From positions 27,469-91,468 of IMG/VR virus record IMGVR_UViG_3300050821_007139: DNA of 64,000 nt; one strand, given 5' to 3'. The translations under genes and the position numbers were made by a program. The DNA is from a virus. Every line of letters begins with the position of its first letter. Within the stretch, counting starts at the first letter, position 1. A model generated the notes under the pieces. It saw nothing but the letters and a program-made list of their open reading frames with translations. It was not told where the DNA came from and ran no database searches. This document shows, piece by piece, positions 20,075 to 29,402 of the stretch.

Positions 20075-21283
20075 TTATACCCTTGTATGTTCGTTCATTG
20101 GCCTCGGTATCCAATGCGGTGATAGAGTATTAAATTTGGGATCTCGGCGTATCATTCCTGATCTTTCGGCAGTTTCTATGATTCGCGGTATCTGAGGACT
20201 AGGAACCCGATCTTTTAAGAATGTCCAAAGAAACTTATCTTCAATTGCGATTCTTTGTGTTGGAACATGACGGTTGTATTCGGTGTATATGAACTGCCAT
20301 AGGTCATGGATTAGCTGCGAATCACTTCTTTGGCCCATTGCACGGAATACATCGGGCATAACGCTCTCGGCTTCACTTAACCATTCATGGGCGCGCTCAT
20401 AATCTTCAATATCAATATAAAGATTTCTCCCTGCACTAACGCTTGATATCATCGCAAGTTTCATTATCTGAACGCCACGGCGTGAGGCGTAATGTTTTAA
20501 TCGCGAATGATCCGGGGCGCCTGGCTGATCTGCATCTAGCCAATTTATATGCGCCTCTTGTGCTTCTAGGCTCCACTCAAACTCCCCACCTAAGTTAAAC
20601 ATAAATTCTAGGCTTTTAACCAATCTTTCATTATCTCTTTCACTGCGCTTCTTAAAGTAATTTTTATTGTCAAACTTAGTTGCATCGCTATAAATGAAGA
20701 TTAACCGAGCTGTAAAACCTTGGCCCCAAGCAGTCTCAGGAAATAAATCTCCCATAAAGTCCGGCGTGATCCCGCATAACATATTAAAGTTTGGTTTATC
20801 TAAGTTTCGATCTTCTACTGTAGCTCGGGGCTCGGAATAAGTATCAGGATTATCGTAGATATGACTTAGGATGCTTAAAAATTCCATGTCCCATTTAGGA
20901 AAGAAGATGCCAAATTCTTCTACTGGAGCTACTAATGAGCTAAATATGTGCAAATCGCCGGTTCCGTTTAAGAATGCTCTTGTGCTGGTTTCAAATTCGG
21001 TTATAAAACTTGCGTGGGTGACGTTATCACTAGCGATGTATAATCCGTTTACTTTTGTCCATAATTTTCGGGTTTCTTTGATAATGATTGATTTTCCTGT
21101 AGCTGGGGCGCCGACTAAGGACACCCAAAGATTGGGACATAATGGGGCTGTACTAGCTTCGGTATAGGTATAAACGCGGCGTTGAAGCACTCCTGCTATA
21201 GTAACTAATCCGGCCCATAGGCGAAATATTGGAGGGGAGCGAATACCTTCTGTGCTTTGCATCCATGAGTCGATCCAGTCCAA
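20075..21283 (-). CDS. DUF3987-like P-loop ATPase (putative replicative helicase)
   Basis: GAPATGKS Walker A; EEFG; GF.AR arginine-finger-like motif; adjacent to the polymerase. Confidence 0.7.
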   Translation of the reverse strand: MDWIDSWMQSTEGIRSPPIFRLWAGLVTIAGVLQRRVYTYTEASTAPLCPNLWVSLVGAPATGKSIIIKETRKLWTKVNGLYIASDNVTHASFITEFETSTRAFLNGTGDLHIFSSLVAPVEEFGIFFPKWDMEFLSILSHIYDNPDTYSEPRATVEDRNLDKPNFNMLCGITPDFMGDLFPETAWGQGFTARLIFIYSDATKFDNKNYFKKRSERDNERLVKSLEFMFNLGGEFEWSLEAQEAHINWLDADQPGAPDHSRLKHYASRRGVQIMKLAMISSVSAGRNLYIDIEDYERAHEWLSEAESVMPDVFRAMGQRSDSQLIHDLWQFIYTEYNRHVPTQRIAIEDKFLWTFLKDRVPSPQIPRIIETAERSGMIRRDPKFNTLSPHWIPRPMNEHTRV

Positions 21284-21300
21284 GATAAGAGGTCCATACT

Positions 21301-21648
21301 CTATGAGATTTTATATTCTCGACAATCAAGTTTGCAATCGCCTTCTTTTAATGGACAATAACTACAAGTGTATCCTTGCGGATTTGGGTTTACTTTTTCA
21401 AAATAAGTGAATTTATCATTATCTATTTTAGATAACCAGCTTGGCGGACCCCCTTGTACTTCGCGTGCCCAGATCATTCTTCTATATAGTATAGTAGTCG
21501 CTATCTCGTACCATTCGTATATATTATATAATTCTCCAGTGGGAGAATAATTGAAAATATCTTCTGGACTAGTTGGATCAGGGTGACCATTTTTACCTTT
21601 GAGGTATTTGGATTCAAATATAACTTTACACATGTCTAATAGAGTCAT
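21301..21648 (-). CDS. Hypothetical protein
   Basis: 115 aa; C-terminal Cys cluster. Confidence 0.5.
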   Translation of the reverse strand: MTLLDMCKVIFESKYLKGKNGHPDPTSPEDIFNYSPTGELYNIYEWYEIATTILYRRMIWAREVQGGPPSWLSKIDNDKFTYFEKVNPNPQGYTCSYCPLKEGDCKLDCREYKIS

Positions 21649-21764
21649 ATTAGTTTTCCAAAATTGATTTCTCTAAGTTTCTTTTAAGGCTTCTATAAGC
21701 GTTTGGGCGTGCACCGCGACGGCCGAGTACAGCATCGTCGCGGCCAGCACGATTGGCCGTAGTC

Positions 21765-21992
21765 TCATCGGCTACGCCTCACGATCCGGATGCCACGGGG
21801 ACCGAATTGCATCGTCTGGATTTCGCCACCAACGAGTATGGCGCACTCGCCTGTTTCTTCATCAGCAGAGACGATCAACCCAGAGACCTCAGCGTAGCTG
21901 TCCGTCCGCACGAGCTTCCAGCGGGCCTTGTCCTCAGCGCTGTGCCACGTTTCGAGCTTCATCGTGGCTATCCAGTTGTCGATGGCGATCAT
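21765..21992 (-). CDS. Small beta-rich protein, paralog of 30983-31180
   Basis: KARWKLVRTDSY..V.G.I..ADE.TGE...FGP..IRIV shared. Confidence 0.7.
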   Translation of the reverse strand: MIAIDNWIATMKLETWHSAEDKARWKLVRTDSYAEVSGLIVSADEETGECAILVGGEIQTMQFGPRGIRIVRRSR

Positions 21993-22231
21993 GAATTCAT
22001 TCCCTTGTGCGGCGTCGGTTGTTTTCTATTTTCATCTGATAATTGCTTTATAAGATTTGCAAGAGTCAGCGCATCTGTTGTTGTCATTACCATTCCTGTA
22101 TGGGGCGTTTCGTTTCCATCAGGAGTTGTGTCGCAAAATGTTATTCTCGTAATGGTAGGGCTTACGCTAACATAAAACCTGTTCGCAAAAGCCGACGGTA
22201 CGAATCCCACAAACTCTTTGCTTTCACTCAT
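21989..22231 (-). CDS. Hypothetical protein
   Basis: ATGA coupling. Confidence 0.55.
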   Translation of the reverse strand: MSESKEFVGFVPSAFANRFYVSVSPTITRITFCDTTPDGNETPHTGMVMTTTDALTLANLIKQLSDENRKQPTPHKGMNS

Positions 22232-22517
22232 CGGAATATTCCTTTGGTGAATATGGACATGCTATCTCTTCGTCTAACTTCTTACCTTCAAACCAATCTT
22301 GATAAGTGATTGGTTTTCCTGATTTGTAATCGATATTTTCTTGTTTGCACCAAGTTACGAATCCAGCGCAGATTTGATTAGCGCTGTGACAGCTCCAATT
22401 AATGTTTTCATTATCTTTGAGAGACATTATCTCATATGGGTCTGGGACGCAACCATAGTTTATGGCGCGCTCGGAAGTTTCAGAGCCCATAAATGGGCAT
22501 GAGGAGCAAGCGGTCAT
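22224..22517 (-). CDS. Cys/His-rich hypothetical protein
   Basis: CxxCPF...GC.P...W.CH...CAG. Confidence 0.6.
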   Translation of the reverse strand: MTACSSCPFMGSETSERAINYGCVPDPYEIMSLKDNENINWSCHSANQICAGFVTWCKQENIDYKSGKPITYQDWFEGKKLDEEIACPYSPKEYSDE

Positions 22518-24079
22518 GCGACTAGCTCCAAGTTGTTATTTACTCTGGTTCTCTTATCGCCACTTGTGGTCCATTTGATTAATCCGTCGGGATGATCCTG
22601 ATTTGCATTGCCCCAACTCCAGCCTACTTTAGCTTCACTAGGAACAGTAAATCTCCGGCCTCGATAAGATAACGGAACATCTAAATGTTTTTGCATTTCG
22701 CTTATTATTTTAGCTTCATTAGTGTCAAATTCAAGTCTTTGCCCATAAACTGCGTCGTGTAATTGCGCTATAAGTTCTACGGGATGATTGCTATTTGGCC
22801 CCATGTATTTCCACATGCGCCATAAACCAAGATTAAGGCGCCTTGCTGTCGGAGCCTGGGACATGAAGGCAATGCCTTCTTTAATTGTATCATTTGAGTC
22901 TGCGCGGCCAAAAAAATCACGCCTTCCTCCGAAAGCATCTATTAAATAATGCTCGCGTTGAAGTTGTCCGGCTACCCAAGTAAAGAATTGATTTAAGCAG
23001 GGATAAGTAGCAAACATTCTTTCTTGGGCAGATTTAATGAGCTTATTTGGTACTCGAATTTGCCGGGCAATTTCTAAATAGCCGCCGAATTTTTCCGTTC
23101 CATGACGGACGCGTTTGGCAACTTCGCGATAGCTGTGTTGGCGGTAATATAATTGATCTGCAATTTTGCGATCATGTTTCAGATCCCCATTCCAATCTAG
23201 ATCGTTTTCCCAAATCTCGCGCGCTAAGATAGTATGAGGGTCGCCGGATTCGGCTGAGTCTAAGTAGCTTGAGTCGCCAAATAATACCCAACATAGCCAT
23301 CCGGTTTCTCTTGTTTCGGCTTGTTCTAAATCAGCGCCAAATAGCTTCTTATCTTTATTTGCTATGAACATATATCTTAATTCTTCTTCGATATTTTGAA
23401 AATTTCTCCCGGTTCCGGTTATTGATTTTGATGAACTAAAGCGCGATGTTGTTGTCATAGCGGGATTGAAACTGGTACGCATTCGCCAATCGGAATCAAT
23501 TTCGGTTTCTAAAACTTCAAGTTGTCCTTCATTGTCGCGATAAGATAGAATCGCAGCTATTATTGGCCTTGCTATAAAATAACCTTCGAGTTTTTCTAAG
23601 ATTTCCCTTTCCATTGGTTTTGTTAATTTGCCTTCTTTTTTTCTTATTATTGGTGGGATTTGCAGTATATCGTAGAAGAAAGTTGCTAATTGTGAGGTTG
23701 AGTTTGGGTTTAAGGTTTTTGGTTTCGGGTGGTCATTGGTGGCTTTGGTCGGCGAGCGTAAGTCACAAATGGCGCTGACGTAGCAATCAATTATATCGCT
23801 TAATCGTTCTAAGCGTTTTCTTAACTTAGCTATCCCATCTTCTCTTGCCCAAGGGTCAATTTTCCAGCCGCGTAAGTTCATCTCAATTGCGGGTGCCTGT
23901 AAAGCGCGCTCAAAGTCGTAGATTAGCTTTGGGCCTTGAAGCTCGATAGGAGAATTGTGACTTGGAAGCAGGGTTTTTAATTCGTTTAAAACCTCACAAG
24001 TCAACATGCTATCCATGGCATTATAGACTTGGATCGATCCGCAATCAGTATCAAGCTCGTGTGCGGCTATTAATGGCAT
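22514..24079 (-). CDS. polA: Family A DNA polymerase, polymerase subunit (starts with ExoIII motif)
   Basis: YNAMD (ExoIII), NPNS..QL, T.R.SS, NFQNI, ADLEQAE (motif A), R...K...HG (motif B), QLHDA (motif C). Confidence 0.9.
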   Translation of the reverse strand: MPLIAAHELDTDCGSIQVYNAMDSMLTCEVLNELKTLLPSHNSPIELQGPKLIYDFERALQAPAIEMNLRGWKIDPWAREDGIAKLRKRLERLSDIIDCYVSAICDLRSPTKATNDHPKPKTLNPNSTSQLATFFYDILQIPPIIRKKEGKLTKPMEREILEKLEGYFIARPIIAAILSYRDNEGQLEVLETEIDSDWRMRTSFNPAMTTTSRFSSSKSITGTGRNFQNIEEELRYMFIANKDKKLFGADLEQAETRETGWLCWVLFGDSSYLDSAESGDPHTILAREIWENDLDWNGDLKHDRKIADQLYYRQHSYREVAKRVRHGTEKFGGYLEIARQIRVPNKLIKSAQERMFATYPCLNQFFTWVAGQLQREHYLIDAFGGRRDFFGRADSNDTIKEGIAFMSQAPTARRLNLGLWRMWKYMGPNSNHPVELIAQLHDAVYGQRLEFDTNEAKIISEMQKHLDVPLSYRGRRFTVPSEAKVGWSWGNANQDHPDGLIKWTTSGDKRTRVNNNLELVA

Positions 24080-24156
24080 TATTTATGTTCTTCAGTAAGA
24101 AAAATTATTATAACTATTATGCATACAATGATAAATAGTGACCATGCTGGGTTCAT

Positions 24157-24753
24157 TTAAATTTCTATATCAGAGCCAGATTCGTTGTTATAAGAATAAT
24201 CAGCCCAATCGAACCAATCAAAGATGCGTTTTTGTTTAGCGCGCTCGTCCCAAATAAACCATGCGTAACAAGTATTGCTTGGCGCTTCAGGGCCGGTCCA
24301 ATTGTATCGGTGCATCATAGGCAATCGGCGTGAAGATATCCAAAGCCGTGCTGGTGGATGTTTGCGAAAGAAGGGGAGTCTATTACAGCTTTCTAAGAAA
24401 TTGGTTCTTAATAAGAACGCTACATAAGGAACTTCACTGATTGCTTTCTTGGCGAATTCGACTGCGAGCTTATAGGGTGGATTTGTTATTATACCCTCCC
24501 ATGACATTTTAACTGCTAGGAAAAAATCTACCATTGAAGACCCATATCCATAATCCATAATATCTGAACTAAAAACATCAAAATTATTATCTTTTAAAAC
24601 TTTACTTATTGCTCCGTCTCCACAAGCGGGTTCCCAAATGTAATGAGGAATAAATTCTTTTTCTATATTAATTAGTGATATTGTAGCCTCTGGTGGCGTG
24701 AAATATGCATCTAAACCTCGGTCTTCAAAATTATGCGAGCTTTGAATTAGCAT
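24157..24753 (-). CDS. SAM-dependent DNA amino-methyltransferase
   Basis: Y.TP, EPACGDG (motif I), ITNPPY (motif IV). Confidence 0.85.
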   Translation of the reverse strand: MLIQSSHNFEDRGLDAYFTPPEATISLINIEKEFIPHYIWEPACGDGAISKVLKDNNFDVFSSDIMDYGYGSSMVDFFLAVKMSWEGIITNPPYKLAVEFAKKAISEVPYVAFLLRTNFLESCNRLPFFRKHPPARLWISSRRLPMMHRYNWTGPEAPSNTCYAWFIWDERAKQKRIFDWFDWADYSYNNESGSDIEI

Positions 24754-24765
24754 AACTTTATCTTT

Positions 24766-25092
24766 TTAACGTATATTTCGTTCTGTAAACGGGATGATTA
24801 AGTTCTTTTCAAATAATCTTTCTTTTGCTTTTAACATCCCTGGCGACCATCCTAAGTCAATATAAAATGCTATTAATTCGGCACTTGACCACCAAGCATA
24901 TCCAGATTCTATCCCCATTTGCCTTTGTTCCGGTTTATTATCATCTAAAAATAATGGATATAATAGATGTGATCCAAATGGAGCCTCTCCGCGTTTTAAG
25001 CTATCTAATGCAGCTTCATAAGCATAAGCTTTATTTAAGGCTATATTGCCAGCAAAAGGAGATTCTATAATAACTCTACGACGTAATTGCAT
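24766..25092 (-). CDS. DUF4406/nucleoside deoxyribosyltransferase-like fold protein
   Basis: IESPFAG, RGEAPF.SHLLY, G.S.GM. Confidence 0.6.
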   Translation of the reverse strand: MQLRRRVIIESPFAGNIALNKAYAYEAALDSLKRGEAPFGSHLLYPLFLDDNKPEQRQMGIESGYAWWSSAELIAFYIDLGWSPGMLKAKERLFEKNLIIPFTERNIR

Positions 25093-25094
25093 TT

Positions 25095-26240
25095 TTATTC
25101 CTCGCGTTTTAAACTCTCGCCATGAGCAAGCATAGACTTCCAGGCAATTTCGTTGCTGTATATCGAAGCCAAGTAACCCAGCCCGCGCCGCTTTTCTGGC
25201 AACGTGGCGTGTTGTAAAATCATTGGATCATCGGCGCAATTATTAACTATGATACCTATTCGTAGAAAATGACTTATATCGAAGATGCCATTTTGAAAGG
25301 CTTTTGGAACTGGAGAGCGCAATGCGCCTATCAGTAATTCCCATGCTTGAATTTCCTCTTCTAAACTTTTCCAATAATTAAGCTCGGGATCTTCTCGGGT
25401 CATGAAAGGAATTACAAGCGATTCGTAAGGACTTCTGGCAAAACTTACCATAGATATAAGTTCGGATAAGATCCGCCGCATTGGAACTGGCATATTTTTG
25501 ATTTCAGACCGGGAGAACAGGGCATATCCGGTTTCGATGTCGATTGTATAAGATTCAGCAGGCTGAGCTAGCCAAGTTTTGATTTCACTTAGGGTTATCT
25601 TTTCTTTCGTTTTTGGATCTTCACAAGTTATCCAGCGTTTGATTCGTCTTATTTCGGGAAAGTTTGATTCGTAGGCGACCTTTTGTAGATCTGAAATAAT
25701 ATCTGTTCTTAGTTGTTCTTGGCGCAGTGCTGCAGGATGGAATGTTGGAAAGACCTTTTTATTAAATCTCAAGCTTAGCTTAGGCGTGCCTCGAATTGAG
25801 CTTATATTAGTTATGCCTAGTAACGCCCAACAGGCATAGTTTCCTAAAGCGACGATTACATTGGGATTATGATTCTCTATTTCTTTCCATAAGTTCTCGA
25901 TATGATAGCGATATTCGGATTTGACATAAAAGATGCGGTTATTGATCTTGATTGGGGGTAAACTTGTGTCTATATTTCCTTGTGTAGCGAAGAATAGTTC
26001 GGTCTTATCGCCTTCCGGGTGTTCGTTGAAGACATTTGTTACTGCAATTTGGTGCTCGTCTTTTAGCCATTTCCAATGAGAGATCATGTCTTCAAGGCTT
26101 GGATAAGGTACGCGCAGTTCAGGCGCAAGATTGGAGCTTCCTAGCATCTTTGCTAATTCTCGGCCTGACCAGCCGACTAATGGATGACCGACTAGGGCTT
26201 CATTTTTTCCTAAACTTTCGGCTACAAGAACTACTTTCAT
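25095..26240 (-). CDS. UDG-like domain fused to a partial 3'-5' exonuclease (N-terminal half of split polymerase)
   Basis: AESLG..E...G.PLVG.SG, ALGNYA and TFHPA (family 4 UDG-like); DIET (ExoI), QN..FD (ExoII); no ExoIII. Confidence 0.8.
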   Translation of the reverse strand: MKVVLVAESLGKNEALVGHPLVGWSGRELAKMLGSSNLAPELRVPYPSLEDMISHWKWLKDEHQIAVTNVFNEHPEGDKTELFFATQGNIDTSLPPIKINNRIFYVKSEYRYHIENLWKEIENHNPNVIVALGNYACWALLGITNISSIRGTPKLSLRFNKKVFPTFHPAALRQEQLRTDIISDLQKVAYESNFPEIRRIKRWITCEDPKTKEKITLSEIKTWLAQPAESYTIDIETGYALFSRSEIKNMPVPMRRILSELISMVSFARSPYESLVIPFMTREDPELNYWKSLEEEIQAWELLIGALRSPVPKAFQNGIFDISHFLRIGIIVNNCADDPMILQHATLPEKRRGLGYLASIYSNEIAWKSMLAHGESLKREE

Positions 26241-27622
26241 CTTACAGCTTCACTAGCTTTTCTTTTAGATCTTTCTTTTAGAGTTAATTCGTTAGCTTTG
26301 GCTGCGTATTCTTCATTAATTTCAATTCCCAGTACACTTCGGGCGCCTAGGCTTTCGGCAGCTCGAATTGCACTTCCGCTGCCGGAACATATATCTAAAA
26401 AATCTGTAGCGTTATCGACTAGCATTGATAGAAAATGTTTCAGCATTGATTCTGATTTTTGATTAGGAACGATTGGAGATGTAACTGCAGGGGCCGCGTA
26501 ACAGTCTGTCATTTTTTTAAATAAGGCTCGGTCGCCCCGGGTAACTAATAGACAACTTTCATAGCTTGGCTTAGGATGCAGTCCACGCACACCTGGAGCG
26601 CCGTTATTTGTGTCTGATTTGAACCAAATTAAAGGATAATCGGTAAGAAAGAATTGAGAATTGATAAATTTATTTATGATTGGCAGGGAATCTCCTTCAC
26701 GATCTAACCAAAACATTATATGACAACTGTAACTAGCAAAGTTGTCTATATTATCAATTAATGAATTTGGCAAAGCATAATACGAATTTTCATCATGTGT
26801 AAAATCACAATGAATCAGGTTAAATTTATCTCCGGAATAACTCTCGCTCCAAGATATAAAATCGGTAGTTATAATTGGAGGAGTAGCTTTATCCAAATTC
26901 GGCTTTGGTTTTACATCTGTAATAATAGTTTCAGTTTTTGAAATTGGCATTAATTGTTCATGATTTGTGTCAGTATAGATATCATGTGTATCTGAATAAC
27001 TAACTAATGTTGGAAGGACAGAATCGGCTAGTTTTGTTACTTGATCCTTATTTAAGGGGGCGCGTAGTAGTTCTTCGACTAAATCTGCGGCTTTTTTTTC
27101 CTCCTTTCGTTGTAAGATGCCTAGGGCTTGCGTAAAGTTATCAGCGTTAGATAATAGTGGTGAGTCTAATTCTTTAAAGACATTTAATATGTTTCCGATT
27201 TGTTGCGGGGTGTAATTTAAAGCTTCAGCTGTTTTGGAGTTTGTCCAAGAGATATCTTTGCTTGTTTTATTTTTATGAAAATCTCCTATGGCGCTGACAT
27301 GATCCTGCCAAGATAAGTTTTCGCGCTTGATATTTTCTTCAAGTTCGATAATTTGAAGCTCGTCTGGATCTAAGGTATCGTAATAACGTATGGGAACTTG
27401 GCTTAAGTTTAGTTCTAATGCACAAAGTAATCGTCTGTGTCCGGCGACTAAGGTTAGTTTGTCTAATCGCTCTAGCTTTTCTCTATGAACAATTATTGGG
27501 TTCCAGATTCCTCTGGATCTTATGGAATCTATTAAACCTTCTGTTGTCGCATTCTTTCGTTGGCGCTCGCCTATATTTATCTCGCCTGGATCAACAAAGT
27601 CGATTTCATTTGTTATTGGCAT
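26237..27622 (-). CDS. ParB-like domain fused to a degenerate methyltransferase domain
   Basis: RQR, SI...G...PI, LVAGHRR, ELEENIKR; C-terminal DICSGSGS; DPPY position reads DFTH. Confidence 0.75.
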   Translation of the reverse strand: MPITNEIDFVDPGEINIGERQRKNATTEGLIDSIRSRGIWNPIIVHREKLERLDKLTLVAGHRRLLCALELNLSQVPIRYYDTLDPDELQIIELEENIKRENLSWQDHVSAIGDFHKNKTSKDISWTNSKTAEALNYTPQQIGNILNVFKELDSPLLSNADNFTQALGILQRKEEKKAADLVEELLRAPLNKDQVTKLADSVLPTLVSYSDTHDIYTDTNHEQLMPISKTETIITDVKPKPNLDKATPPIITTDFISWSESYSGDKFNLIHCDFTHDENSYYALPNSLIDNIDNFASYSCHIMFWLDREGDSLPIINKFINSQFFLTDYPLIWFKSDTNNGAPGVRGLHPKPSYESCLLVTRGDRALFKKMTDCYAAPAVTSPIVPNQKSESMLKHFLSMLVDNATDFLDICSGSGSAIRAAESLGARSVLGIEINEEYAAKANELTLKERSKRKASEAVR

Positions 27623-27810
27623 GGGTTTGTTCCGGTCTCCTTTGGAGGCTGGATGCGCTCCCCGATTACACTAATGTCTGAATAGACAACCATCTCCTCT
27701 CCTTGAGCCAGGATAAACCATTCGTGGCCGGTCCATTCCGCAGGCTCCCATTTATTATGAGAACTAGGCTTGACCCAATAAAAACCTTCTTCTAGTTTGA
27801 TCTTTGGCAT
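27613..27810 (-). CDS. Hypothetical protein
   Basis: GFYWV...WEPAEW small phage domain. Confidence 0.55.
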   Translation of the reverse strand: MPKIKLEEGFYWVKPSSHNKWEPAEWTGHEWFILAQGEEMVVYSDISVIGERIQPPKETGTNPCQ

Positions 27811-27825
27811 AAGGAAATTAACTTA

Positions 27826-28206
27826 TTATCTGACGCCAATAGCATTGATTATTCCGACGATTTGTAAGGTTCCATCGGGTCCATTTCCGAAACAAGGCAC
27901 CATTGGGGCCGAATAAGGAAATACAGGTGTGTAGTCGAATACAGTTGCTACTTCGATAGGATCGTTAGCGAGGTATTTTGTATGTATTGTGGTCCAACGC
28001 ATTTGTGCGTCAGAGTCATGGACGTTAATGGCGAAGGTTTTACCGTTTACTACAAATTTTGCGCATAGCGGCCCGGCGGGTAAGAAGTCGCTTGGGACCC
28101 CTGCAGCACTCCAGGTTGCGTTGGATCTTATTGGCGGCGACTGTGCTAAAGTTGCATTGGTGATTGCGATGAGACTTGTAGTGGCGAATATGATTATTTT
28201 AAACAT
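27826..28206 (-). CDS. Small secreted protein, paralog of 28462-28812
   Basis: Signal peptide; AGPLCAK..V.G...AI; AAGGAG SD. Confidence 0.7.
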   Translation of the reverse strand: MFKIIIFATTSLIAITNATLAQSPPIRSNATWSAAGVPSDFLPAGPLCAKFVVNGKTFAINVHDSDAQMRWTTIHTKYLANDPIEVATVFDYTPVFPYSAPMVPCFGNGPDGTLQIVGIINAIGVR

Positions 28207-28461
28207 AGATTATCTCCTTAGGTTGATTTTTTGTTAGGTTTTTGAAGTGATTTTCGCGAGCTTTTGGCGCCTTTACGTTTCATAATAGCGCTTGACCGAC
28301 GGCGTTTGGCAGTTGGGGTTGTGGACATTTTAAATTTTCTTCCCTTATAACATGGGGCTCCCCTCGTCGTTACCCGAAGCTAAGCGTTCAAAATTAGTCT
28401 GCCGAGTAGGCACAGACTACAAAGCTCCGCCCATGTTATCTTGAGTTGAGTTGACTTTACT

Positions 28462-28812
28462 TTAGTTTACGAAGTCTACTCCTGGGAGAAGTACACCCCC
28501 ATCGTTGCAAAGGACTGTATTGGTGCTGCCGGTGCCGAGGGCCGGATAGGTGTTGATTTGCATGGGGAGGCCGCTAAGGGCACGGAAATCCATCGTTTGG
28601 AGGCGTGCGAGAGCTTGTGCGGCTGGCGTATGGACCAAATCGACCGCGACCTGGACGCCACCAACGGTGCGCTTGGCGCAGAACGCCCCCGCTGTCGCCT
28701 TGCTAGGGTCATTGGTTCCCGAAGCGGTTACTACCGCCTGAGCCGATGCGTAATTGCTGCTAAGCAAAACGGCGCCAAAAGCGACTGCGATAGCGAGATT
28801 AATTTTAGACAT
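28462..28812 (-). CDS. Small secreted protein
   Basis: Signal peptide ending ASA; AGAFCAK..V.G...AV. Confidence 0.7.
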   Translation of the reverse strand: MSKINLAIAVAFGAVLLSSNYASAQAVVTASGTNDPSKATAGAFCAKRTVGGVQVAVDLVHTPAAQALARLQTMDFRALSGLPMQINTYPALGTGSTNTVLCNDGGVLLPGVDFVN

Positions 28813-28890
28813 GATTTGATTCCTAGATTAGTTTGAGATTAGATTAGGGTTTGACTTGAGATTGACTTGACTTTAGCTTGACTTGACTTA
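28813..28890. repeat. Pentamer-periodic TTGAC/TTAGA tract
   Basis: ttgacttgagattgacttgactttagcttgacttgactta; shorter related tract at 28441-28465. Confidence 0.7.
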
Positions 28891-29382
28891 TCGTGGCGCC
28901 CCGACCATAAAGCTGATATTATTGAACACTCGTGGGGCCGCATCTTCTGGTTCACCTGGCCGTTTCTTGCCCGGCCTAGATGTAACGGTTAGCAATACCC
29001 GCTTTCCAATAACTTCATCTACCAACTGATCGGTGGATAGGTTTTGATTAAACTCTGGGAAGGACTTGAAGAGAATCTTAAAGGCGTGCATGCGATTTGT
29101 AGCAATTTCTAGTGCATAGGGGGGAAGGTTCATGCTTCGTAAATCAACGCCTTCTAGATCTTCCGTTGAAACATCTTCGGCTGGTTCAAGTAGTTGGCAA
29201 TGATAAAGAATAGCTTCGGTTTCGGGATTCCAAGGGGTCTGCCCTTTTTCTCGTCGGGTGACTACGCCGTAGTAATGGCCTGCTTTTAGTGTTGGCGGGC
29301 CGTCAGGCAGGGAAGAGACGGGCGCTGACATTGGATCTTCATGATAATCGCGCGCGTCGAAAGCTTTAGCTGTTTGAGCCAT
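28888..29382 (-). CDS. Putative ssDNA-binding protein
   Basis: P.LKAGHY start; OB-like pattern; follows the AAA ATPase as in Sak4-SSB modules. Confidence 0.5.
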   Translation of the reverse strand: MAQTAKAFDARDYHEDPMSAPVSSLPDGPPTLKAGHYYGVVTRREKGQTPWNPETEAILYHCQLLEPAEDVSTEDLEGVDLRSMNLPPYALEIATNRMHAFKILFKSFPEFNQNLSTDQLVDEVIGKRVLLTVTSRPGKKRPGEPEDAAPRVFNNISFMVGAPR

Positions 29383-29402
29383 AAAGTTGGGTTCCTATAA
29401 GG

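Noticed and set aside
28813-28890. CRISPR-like array
   Set aside because: Units are 5 nt with no spacers, and there are no cas genes; the Cas4-like nuclease is a normal phage recombination exonuclease.
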